DNA of 64,000 bases, taken from Aureliella sp. Lineage in GTDB: Bacteria > Planctomycetota > Planctomycetia > Pirellulales > Pirellulaceae. The DNA lies in contig OY829846.1 in NCBI GenBank assembly GCA_963691875.1, positions 1,344,001 through 1,408,000 of the forward strand. The letters run 5' to 3'. The translations under genes were made by a program, and so were the position numbers. The notes under the pieces were generated by a model, which did no database searches, had not been told where the DNA came from, and saw nothing but the letters and a program-made list of their open reading frames with translations. Positions 43,308-52,376 of the stretch are shown here, piece after piece (within the stretch, counting starts at the first letter, position 1; each line of letters opens with the position of its first letter).

Positions 43308-45401
43308 ATGCAGCGCCTCGCGCCAATTCAATTCTTCCTTTGCTGGCTGGCCCTTGGCATTCCAGTCCGCGCTCAAGACGACAAAGCTGGAGAACAGTTT
43401 TTTGAGCAAGAAGTCTTACCCATCCTGCGCGACAACTGCTTCGATTGCCATTCGCATGAGTCTGGGGAATCCGGTGGCAAATTAATGCTCGATTCTTTGG
43501 CTGCGATGCAAGTCGGCGGAACACGCGGTTCGAGCATCACAGGCGCTACACCAGAAAAGAGTCTGCTTTGGCGAGCAGTCGAGTATGAAGAGTCTACTCT
43601 TCAAATGCCTCCTGACGGCAAGCTTCCGCAGCATCAAATCGACGGGATTCAGAAATGGCTAAAGATGGGCACTCCGGTCCCAGCCGCTTGGAAAGGAAAT
43701 ATGGAGGCGCTTAAAACCGGCGGAGGAGCGGCAGAACTCGCCAAATCGCACTGGGCTTATCAGCCAGTTCGCAGATTCGCACAGGGCACGGCATCGATCG
43801 ACACATTGCTCGAAACGCGACGCCGAACAGCCGGGCTAGAAGCATCGGCGCGAGCGGACCGACGCACGCTTTTGTTTCGCGCGCACTACGACCTCACAGG
43901 GCTTCGCCCGAGCTGTCAGGAGCTGCGCGAATTCGAGGCAGATGAACGCGACGATCAAGCGGCTTTCGCAGTGTTGGTAGATCGCTTGCTTTCATCTCCG
44001 CATTTCGGCGAGCGCTGGGCCAGGCATTGGATGGACATTGCTCGTTATGCTGACAACAAAGGCTACGTCTTCCAGGAAGATCGGGAGTACAAAGAAGCGT
44101 ACAAGTACCGCGATTGGCTGATTGAATCTTTCAATCGCGACATGCCGTATGACGAGTTTGTGAAGCATCAGCTGGCCGCGGACTTATTGCCAGACAACGA
44201 GTCGAACGTTCGAGCATTGGGATTTGTCACACTGGGGCGAAGATTCCTCAACAACCAATTTGACATCATTGACGACCGACTAGACGTCGTTTCTCGCGGC
44301 TTGATGGGAATGACACTCGCTTGCGCACGCTGCCACGACCATAAGTACGATCCGATATCGCAGAAGGACTATTACTCCATGGCGGGTGTGTTCTTCAACG
44401 TAGACGAGCCGAAAGAGGGCGGTTGGCCGCATCGCTTGTCGGATCGCAAGACGATGCGACCGGCTCACGTTTTGCTACGCGGTAGTCCGAGAAGCATTGG
44501 CGAGAAAGTGCCACGTCGTTTCGTACGTTTTCTTTCCGCAGACTCCCCCGATTTCCCAGCAGACCGGAGCGGGCGTTTAGAACTAGCAGAGCATATCACT
44601 GGTTCGGACAATCCGCTGACCGCGAGAGTGCTGGCGAATCGGATTTGGATGCATCTTACTGGAAGCTCGCTGGTGCAGACTCCGAGTGATTTGGGATTGC
44701 GCTGCCCACCACCGCAACAAGCTGAGCTGCTGGATTATTTAGCCACGCAGCTTGTTGCGGAAGGCTGGAGCATAAAATCACTGATTCGTGAAATCATGCT
44801 GTCGGAAAGTTACGCACAGCAGAGTATTGCTTTCGAGACTGCTATGAAGATTGATCCCGAAAACCAACTCTATTCGCGCATGAATCGTCGCCGAGTCGAC
44901 TTTGAAACTCTGCGCGACAGCTTACTCGCCAGCACGGGGCAGCTCGATTTGTATCTATTTGGTGCATCTGAAAAGATTGAAGCACAGTCAGGTTCCCGAC
45001 GACGAACGGTTTACGCTTACATCGATCGCCAAAACCTGCCGCCAGTTTTTCGCACCTTCGACTTGGCCAGTCCTGATGCACACTCTCCTGGAAGGTCTCA
45101 AACGACCGTGCCTCAGCAAGGGCTCTTCATGCTCAACAGTTCATTTGTACAAGCGTTGGCGGATGAACTGGCTGGGCAGGCTCTACAGAAATCGGCCGGA
45201 AAAGGTGAAGGACCGGTGGTAGATTGGTTGGTTCAGCAGATCCTGGTGCGAAGACCAGACGACTCTGAGCGGCGATGGATGTCGAAATTCCTAGATGACC
45301 CAAGTCGCCAATCGAAAAATGCTACGAAGGAAGCCCACGCACGGTGGAGTCAACTTGTTCAAATCTTGCTCTCGTCAAACGAATTTTCCTTTGTCGATTG
45401 A
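43308..45401 (+). CDS. PSCyt1 + DUF1549 + DUF1553 (PSD1) planctomycete cytochrome-domain protein
   Basis: Signal peptide, CFDCH, MPP, HWAY, GERWARHWMDIARYAD, CARCHDHKYDP, GRLELA..I....NPLTARV, PQQGLFMLN, SNEFSFVD. Confidence 0.92.
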   Translation: MQRLAPIQFFLCWLALGIPVRAQDDKAGEQFFEQEVLPILRDNCFDCHSHESGESGGKLMLDSLAAMQVGGTRGSSITGATPEKSLLWRAVEYEESTLQMPPDGKLPQHQIDGIQKWLKMGTPVPAAWKGNMEALKTGGGAAELAKSHWAYQPVRRFAQGTASIDTLLETRRRTAGLEASARADRRTLLFRAHYDLTGLRPSCQELREFEADERDDQAAFAVLVDRLLSSPHFGERWARHWMDIARYADNKGYVFQEDREYKEAYKYRDWLIESFNRDMPYDEFVKHQLAADLLPDNESNVRALGFVTLGRRFLNNQFDIIDDRLDVVSRGLMGMTLACARCHDHKYDPISQKDYYSMAGVFFNVDEPKEGGWPHRLSDRKTMRPAHVLLRGSPRSIGEKVPRRFVRFLSADSPDFPADRSGRLELAEHITGSDNPLTARVLANRIWMHLTGSSLVQTPSDLGLRCPPPQQAELLDYLATQLVAEGWSIKSLIREIMLSESYAQQSIAFETAMKIDPENQLYSRMNRRRVDFETLRDSLLASTGQLDLYLFGASEKIEAQSGSRRRTVYAYIDRQNLPPVFRTFDLASPDAHSPGRSQTTVPQQGLFMLNSSFVQALADELAGQALQKSAGKGEGPVVDWLVQQILVRRPDDSERRWMSKFLDDPSRQSKNATKEAHARWSQLVQILLSSNEFSFVD

Positions 45402-45541
45402 GCCATTGCAGCGGAAAGTTTGAAACCCGGATTTACCCAACCAACCCCGAATCCACCTAGCCAGCAGGTAGTAGTCCTGGAAGAATTGAGGGTACAACGC
45501 TTCCGTCGCAGCTGCGACTTTTGATTTCCAAAGGGATTTGA

Positions 45542-46486
45542 ATGAGCAACCCGCTTCCAGAAGCAGTCAAGCCATTAAAGCTGAATAGGACTTACGCTGC
45601 GACGATTGTCACGGTTCATCTATTAGCCATAGCAGCTTGCCTGCCCTATTTTTGGAGTTGGACGGCATTCGTCGTATTCTTGTTGGGAGTACATGTTTTT
45701 GGGCAAGGTATCACGATCGGTTACCATCGTTTGCTAACGCATCGCAGTTTCAAGACGCCCAAGTGGCTCGAGTACGGTTTTGCGATTCTCGGTATTTGCT
45801 CCATGCAAGATACGCCTGCTCGCTGGGTTTCGGTGCATCGCATGCATCATGCAGACTCCGATGACGTGCCAGACCCGCATAGCCCCCGGGTCAACTTCTG
45901 GTGGTCACATCTTGGCTGGCTGATGTTTCTTAATCGCAAAACCTATAGCCTTGCTGGCCTGGAAAAGTTTGCGAAAGACTTGCTGCGTGATCGTTTCTAC
46001 CTGCGACTGGAGACGAACCCATTCTTCCAGTTCTACATAATTTTTGCACAGCTCCCGTTATTCTTCGCTCTTGGTTGCGCTCTGAGTTTTGCATTCAGTA
46101 GAAACGTGATGGATGCCGTACAGTTGGGTAACAGCATGGTTGTCTGGGGAGTGATCATGCGAATCATCGCGGTTTGGCATATCACTTTCAGTGTAAATTC
46201 TTTGAGCCACATGTTCGGGTATACCAATTACGAAACAGGCGAGGACAGTCGAAACAACTGGCTTGTCGCTCTGTTGACGGTTGGGGAAGGCTGGCACAAC
46301 AATCATCACGAAGATCCTTCTGCCTGCAGCGTGCAGCACCGCTGGTGGGAATTCGACATCAGTTACTACGAAATCCGGTTCTTACAAATGATTGGACTAG
46401 CGAGCAACATCACTCCGCTGCGGAAGCACCGCCATAAGAGGGGCGGCAAGCCCGGGACGAGCAAAGTTCCAGCAGATGCAGCCTGA
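45542..46486 (+). CDS. Acyl-CoA/acyl-lipid delta-9-type desaturase
   Basis: GYHRLLTH, HRMHH, DPHSP, VNSLSH, GEGWHNNHH. Confidence 0.93.
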   Translation: MSNPLPEAVKPLKLNRTYAATIVTVHLLAIAACLPYFWSWTAFVVFLLGVHVFGQGITIGYHRLLTHRSFKTPKWLEYGFAILGICSMQDTPARWVSVHRMHHADSDDVPDPHSPRVNFWWSHLGWLMFLNRKTYSLAGLEKFAKDLLRDRFYLRLETNPFFQFYIIFAQLPLFFALGCALSFAFSRNVMDAVQLGNSMVVWGVIMRIIAVWHITFSVNSLSHMFGYTNYETGEDSRNNWLVALLTVGEGWHNNHHEDPSACSVQHRWWEFDISYYEIRFLQMIGLASNITPLRKHRHKRGGKPGTSKVPADAA

Positions 46487-46546
46487 TACTTTGCCAGCCC
46501 AAAAATTCTACTCAATGATTCGGACTAAAAAGAAAGTTTTCACACC

Positions 46547-47401
46547 ATGCAGATCGCCAAATTCGTGAATCGCGACCAACAAGAAGTAGTAGGACGTGTC
46601 ATGGGCGAGTCTATTGCAGGCATGGATATCGCTACCCACGGGCTGCACAGCATGTCCGATTTGCTCGCGGCCGACAATATCGAGGAAATAGTACGCACTC
46701 TGCCAAACATTGAGTCCTATGCCTTGTCCGACGTAAGACTGATGCCTCCGATTGACACGCAAGAGGTCTGGGCAGCTGGCGTGACATACAAGCGTTCGCA
46801 AACAGCACGCATGGAAGAATCGGAAGCGGCAGCATCCTGCTACGACCGAGTCTATCAATCTGATAGACCTGAGATCTTTTTCAAGGCCACGCCTCATCGC
46901 GTGAGAGGAATGGGGCAGGAGCTGCGTATTCGTGAGGATGCGAAGTGGAATGTGCCCGAGCCTGAATTGGCATTGGTGCTATCGCCAAGTCTCAAGATCG
47001 TTGGCTACACTATCGGCAACGATATGAGCTCCCGGGATATCGAAGGCGACAATCCGCTCTACCTGCCCCAAGCGAAAATGTACGATCAGTGCTGCGGGCT
47101 CGGACCATGGATCACCTTGGCATCTGCCATGCCGCCTGCGGGAGAGATTGAGATCGACTTGAAGATCCATCGTGGGGCGGAGACTGTTTTTGATCAAGCG
47201 ACGAGTGTGTCGCAGATGGCCAGGACATTTAGCGACTTGGTCAGTTGGCTCGGCCGGGACAACTCTTTTCCGACTGGGGCGTTTTTGCTAACCGGAACGG
47301 GAATTGTTCCTGACAGCGATTTCACCCTCGCGCCGGGGGACTGCGTCGACATCAGTATCAGCGGAATAGGCACACTTTCTAACACTATCGTGCAAGGCTA
47401 G
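46547..47401 (+). CDS. Fumarylacetoacetate hydrolase family protein (2-keto-3-deoxy-pentonate dehydratase-like)
   Basis: QEVWAAGVTY, RPEIFFKA, VPEPEL, GNDMSSRDIEG.NPLYLPQAK, TGTGIVP. Confidence 0.9.
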   Translation: MQIAKFVNRDQQEVVGRVMGESIAGMDIATHGLHSMSDLLAADNIEEIVRTLPNIESYALSDVRLMPPIDTQEVWAAGVTYKRSQTARMEESEAAASCYDRVYQSDRPEIFFKATPHRVRGMGQELRIREDAKWNVPEPELALVLSPSLKIVGYTIGNDMSSRDIEGDNPLYLPQAKMYDQCCGLGPWITLASAMPPAGEIEIDLKIHRGAETVFDQATSVSQMARTFSDLVSWLGRDNSFPTGAFLLTGTGIVPDSDFTLAPGDCVDISISGIGTLSNTIVQG

Positions 47402-47812
47402 CGGCAGCTCCTTCAGCCACATCGCCGTGCAGTTTCGAGCATTCCGGACTTTGGGCTCGGGAGTGAAGATGCCAACGAAGCGCAGCCTGTTCAATCCTGC
47501 GGGCCAAAGCAAGGGCTCGTTTCGACATGCTTCGATGACATAGCATCGGAATAGTGTTCTGCAGTCGTCACTGGCCGAACTGGCAACAGCGGGATATTTT
47601 GCCTAATTCGCGTGATATATTTGTAAACCACGCATTTATCGCTTGAACGGCTCTTTGGTCCTACAACAATTGTTCTTGCCGCCGCGTGGGTGCTAGATTT
47701 GCTCGCCGCCAATTGCTCGCGGACTAGAATCTTTCGATCTCGCAAAGCCGACTTTACCTACGACACAGCCACTGCAGTTCTGCAGCAATACTTCAAATTC
47801 AAGGGAATCAGA

Positions 47813-48505
47813 ATGCGAAACCTCGCAATCCAAACAGTTTGCCTTCTCGCTATCATCGCTCCAGCCACTGTCTTTGCACAGGGACAGACCCTGACGCCTC
47901 CCCCAGCACAGACACCGAAAGAGAACCCTAAAGCGGCTAGCTATGGCATTGGCTTTGACATCGGACGAAACCTTGCTGCTGGCGGCATTACCTCGAAAGA
48001 TGTCATCAAAGAGGAAATTCTCAAGGGACTTTCGGATGCATTGGACGGCAAGGAAGCTGCCTTCTCGATGGAAGTCTTCCAACAAGCCATGCAAGCACTC
48101 GGACAGAAGATCTTAAAACGCAAGATTGACCGAAACAACAAATTCTTGGAGGAGAATAAGAAGAAGGAAGGCATCCAGGTCACCAAGAGTGGCTTGCAAT
48201 ACAAAGTCGTCAAGCAAGGTTCCGGCGCCACGCCAACCGCTTCGAGCCAAGTCACCGTTCACTACGAAGGCAAGTTGGTTAACGGGCAAGTCTTCGACAG
48301 CTCCATCAAGCGTGGCCAGCCAGCTACGTTTGGCGTCAGCCAAGTCATCGCAGGTTGGACCGAGGCCCTGCTTCGCATGAAGGTTGGCGACAAGTGGGAA
48401 CTTGTTATTCCTTCCAATCTTGCCTACGGCGAACGCGGCAGCCCACCAGCCATCGGCCCTAACGAAGTCCTACTCTTCGAAGTCGAGCTGCTTGAAGTCA
48501 AGTAA
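47813..48505 (+). CDS. FKBP-type peptidyl-prolyl isomerase (FkpA/Mip-like)
   Basis: Signal peptide, SYGIG, SGLQY, VHYEG, FDSS, VIAGW, LAYG, FEVEL; ATG 47813 preferred. Confidence 0.95.
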   Translation: MRNLAIQTVCLLAIIAPATVFAQGQTLTPPPAQTPKENPKAASYGIGFDIGRNLAAGGITSKDVIKEEILKGLSDALDGKEAAFSMEVFQQAMQALGQKILKRKIDRNNKFLEENKKKEGIQVTKSGLQYKVVKQGSGATPTASSQVTVHYEGKLVNGQVFDSSIKRGQPATFGVSQVIAGWTEALLRMKVGDKWELVIPSNLAYGERGSPPAIGPNEVLLFEVELLEVK

Positions 48506-48544
48506 AGCTTTGCGAGGCAACTCGCAAAACAGAATCGAAAACAC

Positions 48545-48575
48545 AAAGGCTTTCCGTATTGGGACGCCTTTTTTT
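48545..48575 (+). terminator. Probable Rho-independent terminator
   Basis: AAAGGC-TTTCC-GTATT-GGGAC-GCCTTT stem followed by a T run. Confidence 0.7.
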
Positions 48576-48750
48576 GTTTATCAGGGCTTTGCAGCGTTGC
48601 AAATATTGAAGTTTAGGAGCGTCTTCCTCAAACAGTTTTCCGCATGAACTTTGCGGTCTAGGCGATAAACTGATTTTGATTTAGAATCAGCCGCCTATCG
48701 GGGTGGATTTTGGAGTGTAGCTTTCCTTATATCTTCCCAACACGCAGCCT

Positions 48751-48835
48751 GGACGGTTGGCAGAGTGGTCGATTGCGGTGGTCTTGAAAACCATTGAACT
48801 GAGAGGTTCCGGGGGTTCGAATCCCTCACCGTCCG
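48751..48835 (+). tRNA. tRNA-Ser (anticodon TGA), CCA not encoded
   Basis: Acceptor stem GGACGGT/ACCGTCC, D arm GGCAGAGTGG, anticodon arm GTGGT-CTTGAAA-ACCAT, long variable arm, GTTCGAATC. Confidence 0.96.
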
Positions 48836-48975
48836 TTTTTTCTTTGTTCGGTATCGCTGCGTACGAACTATCGGAAGAGTCGATTCCTGAGCTTTCACAA
48901 TGCAGAAAGCGATGATGAGGTGATTTTCTCGCGCCTTGTTTTCTCCAGTCCCTAAATCTGTTGGAAAGGTCCGTT

Positions 48976-49605
48976 GTGGAAGGTGTCATCGAGGTAAAGC
49001 ATCCGTTGGTGGATCATCACCTGACCATTCTTCGCGACACGACGACTCCGCCATCGCTTTTTCGACAGCAGACGCATCGCCTAGCGGCCTTGCTAGCTTA
49101 TGCTGCGACAGAGGATCTGCCTCTGCAGGACAAGCAGATCAAGACGCCAATCACAGAGATGACTGGTAGCGAATTGAGCTGCCGGATTGCGATTGTACCG
49201 ATTCTTAGAGCGGGTCTTGGATTGATCGATCCGCTGCAAGATTTACTTCCCGATGCAGAGGTTTGGCATCTCGGGATGTATCGTGACGAAAAGACAGCCA
49301 GACCAGTCGAATACTATTGCAAGCTGCCCGAAGGTGGAGCTTGTGACGTCGGATTTGTTCTAGATCCAATGTTGGCGACAGGCGGGAGTGTTGTCTCAGC
49401 AATTGAAGCACTTGAGCGTTGGGGCTGTCCTGATATTCGAGTCCTGTCAGTGATTGCTTCTCGGCCCGGTGTTGAGCGTTTGCAAGAAGCCTTTCCGATG
49501 GTGCGGATTTTTGTGAGTTCCATTGACCCAGAGCTGAATGAGAACAAGTTTATCGTCCCAGGCTTAGGCGACGCTGGCGATCGAATTTTCAACACGCTCG
49601 GGTGA
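48976..49605 (+). CDS. upp: Uracil phosphoribosyltransferase
   Basis: HPLV, VPILRAG, DPMLATGGS, IVPGLGDAGDR. Confidence 0.96.
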   Translation: MEGVIEVKHPLVDHHLTILRDTTTPPSLFRQQTHRLAALLAYAATEDLPLQDKQIKTPITEMTGSELSCRIAIVPILRAGLGLIDPLQDLLPDAEVWHLGMYRDEKTARPVEYYCKLPEGGACDVGFVLDPMLATGGSVVSAIEALERWGCPDIRVLSVIASRPGVERLQEAFPMVRIFVSSIDPELNENKFIVPGLGDAGDRIFNTLG

Positions 49606-49733
49606 GCGACCTCGCCCGTGATCGTCGTCTTCGACTCTCGTTGAGTGGATGAGGTAACGAATCCGCGGCAGAACCCCTTACGGTTGGCACAAGCCAGAGC
49701 AAGCCGGCGACCGGACGCAAGACGAAGTGGATT

Positions 49734-50510
49734 GTGGAATTATTTTGGCACAACAAAACAAATGATCGCCCGGCGTTCTTTCCGTCGCCTGAGCTAGCGG
49801 ATGAGGCGGGGTTTCTTGTTGAGGATGCTCGGATCGATCGCGAGCGCATTCTAGATGCGTATCAGCATGCGATTTTCCCCTGGCCATATCGTGAACCAGA
49901 ATCACATTGGATCGTTGGTTGGTATAGCCCTGATCCACGTGCCGTATTGAAGCTGGATGAACTCCGCGTTCCCAAGCGGTTAGTGCGAAAGCTGCGTTCT
50001 GGCAAATTCTACTTCAGTTTCAATCAAAGCTTTGACAGAGTCCTAGATCACTGTCGGACGGTCGGCGGTCGCCAACAGGAAGCGTGGCTGATGCCAAGGC
50101 TTGCAGAAGAATTGCAGGGGCTTCACGAAGAAGGAACTGCTTGCAGCTTAGAGGTCTACGATGCGACCGATTCTTCCACACCGGAGCTCTGCGGTGGAGT
50201 TTATGGGCTCAGCGTTGGCCAAGTCTTCTGTGCCGAGAGTATGTTTCACTTGATCCCGGACGCTTCGAAGGCGGCGATCGTTGCATTAGTCAGCATTCTG
50301 CGCTACTCCGACTACCAGCTGCTGGATATTCAAACTCCGTCCATGCACATGACTAACCTCGGAGCGACATTGATTTCGCGAGGCGAACTGCGGAGAAGTC
50401 TTAAAAGGAATTCTAAACGCAATGAACTGGCAAAGTGGGAGAGTCGCGACTTCTTCACTTGGGCAGATCTAGCTTTGGATTGCAGATTGCCACAGGCTCA
50501 CCAGCCCTAA
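49734..50510 (+). CDS. aat: Leucyl/phenylalanyl-tRNA--protein transferase
   Basis: AYQHAIFPW, WYSPDPRAVL, GGVYG, FCAESMFH, DASK, LLDIQ. Confidence 0.92.
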   Translation: MELFWHNKTNDRPAFFPSPELADEAGFLVEDARIDRERILDAYQHAIFPWPYREPESHWIVGWYSPDPRAVLKLDELRVPKRLVRKLRSGKFYFSFNQSFDRVLDHCRTVGGRQQEAWLMPRLAEELQGLHEEGTACSLEVYDATDSSTPELCGGVYGLSVGQVFCAESMFHLIPDASKAAIVALVSILRYSDYQLLDIQTPSMHMTNLGATLISRGELRRSLKRNSKRNELAKWESRDFFTWADLALDCRLPQAHQP

Positions 50511-50618
50511 CTTATTTGGTGACCAACTTCGTAGCCTGTCGATCCTTACCGTGCCAAATACCCCAAAAGTGCCACCTACAGTGGGGAACTGGGAAAAGAG
50601 GTAGGTTTGGTGGGGATT

Positions 50619-50648
50619 TTGACAGTCGACCCAACGATATAGTATACT
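50619..50648 (+). promoter_or_regulatory. Sigma70-like promoter of the DUF1501 operon
   Basis: TTGACA (50619) - 18 nt - TATACT (50643). Confidence 0.6.
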
Positions 50649-50914
50649 AGGGATCCCTCCTGGGCGGATCGACACACTTGGCGAGAGTCAGTGTACAATT
50701 GAAGAAACATAGGCTGAGAGTGTCCTGCGGAAACTCTGATCGGATCCAAGGCCCACCCCACAAATCCCACCTCGACCATTCGTGATTTGCCTAGTTGCAA
50801 ATCAATTACCTCTAACACTTAGTGTTTGACACGGATGAATGGCTATAAGAATCCGATCTCGGATTCTAACTTTGCACACCAAATCTTACTTTGATCCGAT
50901 GGAGTGATTGTTCT

Positions 50915-52213
50915 ATGCATTGCTTTGGTAATCAACTGTCCCGACGTAGCATGCTCACGGTTGGAGCCTTCGGCGGGCTGACTTTGGCTGATTTTCTTCG
51001 TGCCCGAAGTGTTCGAGCCGACCAAAAGCACTATGACTTCATTCCGGCTAAAGCAGAGAGTGTAATTCACATTTTCTTGCCCGGCGGAATGGCTCATCAA
51101 GAATCCTTTGATCCTAAGCCCTACAGCCCGCTGGAGTACCGCGGTGAGATGGGAACGATCAAGACGAATACTGGTGAAGTAGTTAGCCAGGCTATTCCTA
51201 AGTTGGCGCAGTGTGCCGACAAATTCACGATCATTCGCTCAATGACCCATGGTGAAGCAGCTCACGAACGTGGCACACACAACATGTTCACAGGCTACAA
51301 ACCGAGTCCTGCCTTGGTCTTCCCGAGCTTCGGTTCGGTGATCAGCCATGAGTACGGTCCGCGCAATAACTTGCCTCCGTACATTTGCATTCCGAATCGT
51401 CCGAATGAGTTTGCTGGTAGCGGCTATTTGAGCAGTTCCTACGGCCCTTTCTCATTGGGTAGTGATCCTGCGAGCGGCGGCTTCAAGGTTCAAGACTTAA
51501 ACATGGCGGGTGGCGTCGACGAGACCCGATTTGCACGTAGACGAGCAGCCCTTGATTCGGTCAATCAATACTTCACCGCGAAGCAGAGTGCTGATTCGGT
51601 GCAAGCCATGGATAGCTTCTACGAACGAGCCTACAGCTTGATCAGCTCTCAGAAGGCGCGGGAAGCGTTCGATCTGAACAAGGAAGATGCCAAGATGCGC
51701 GACCGCTACGGTCGAAATCAAGCTGGGCAGCGATTGCTGTTGTCGAGACGCTTGGTCGAAGCCGGTGCACGTTTTGTCACCATGACCTACGGTGGCTGGG
51801 ACATGCACAATCAGATTACCACCAACTTCAACCAGCAGATGCCGGCCTTGGACCAGGGTCTAAGTGTGTTGCTGAACGACTTAGATTCGCGTGGTCTGCT
51901 CGATACAACATTGGTGATGGTTTCCTCCGAGTTTGGGCGGACCCCGAAGATCAACTCGAACGCGGGTCGCGATCACTGGCCGAAGGTATTCAGCGTGATG
52001 TTGGCCGGTGGCGGTATTAAGCGAGGCAACATTTATGGTGCTTCCGATCCAACGGCAGCCGAGCCTGATTTGGACGCGGTTTCACCAGAGAACCTAGCGA
52101 CAACGATGTACCACTTGCTGGGAATCGTGGCCGATAAGGAACTGATGGCTCCAGGCGATCGTCCGATCGAGATTGTTGACAACGGCAAAGTCATCAAAGA
52201 CCTGCTGGCCTAG
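50915..52213 (+). CDS. DUF1501 protein with Tat-like N-terminus
   Basis: SRRSML; IFLPGGMAHQESFDPKP, IRSM, GGWDMH, SEFGRTP, GRDHWP, LAGGG. Confidence 0.93.
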   Translation: MHCFGNQLSRRSMLTVGAFGGLTLADFLRARSVRADQKHYDFIPAKAESVIHIFLPGGMAHQESFDPKPYSPLEYRGEMGTIKTNTGEVVSQAIPKLAQCADKFTIIRSMTHGEAAHERGTHNMFTGYKPSPALVFPSFGSVISHEYGPRNNLPPYICIPNRPNEFAGSGYLSSSYGPFSLGSDPASGGFKVQDLNMAGGVDETRFARRRAALDSVNQYFTAKQSADSVQAMDSFYERAYSLISSQKAREAFDLNKEDAKMRDRYGRNQAGQRLLLSRRLVEAGARFVTMTYGGWDMHNQITTNFNQQMPALDQGLSVLLNDLDSRGLLDTTLVMVSSEFGRTPKINSNAGRDHWPKVFSVMLAGGGIKRGNIYGASDPTAAEPDLDAVSPENLATTMYHLLGIVADKELMAPGDRPIEIVDNGKVIKDLLA

Positions 52214-52376
52214 CTTCTTTAGGTCTAGCCATTGTTTCCGAGCGCTTCGCCAGTCTTAGCGTTGAATTGTTTGTTGTCCGACTGAGCTGCATTTAGTGGC
52301 ACAGTCGAAGGTAAACCAAGTTTTCTTCCTCCGCTCACGTCTCCCCACTTTATTCATCCTTCCAAAGGAAATTGCT

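Noticed and set aside
48751..48835. tRNA-Ser as an integration site
   Set aside because: No integrase nearby, no duplicated tRNA 3' end noticed, and flanks are housekeeping genes.
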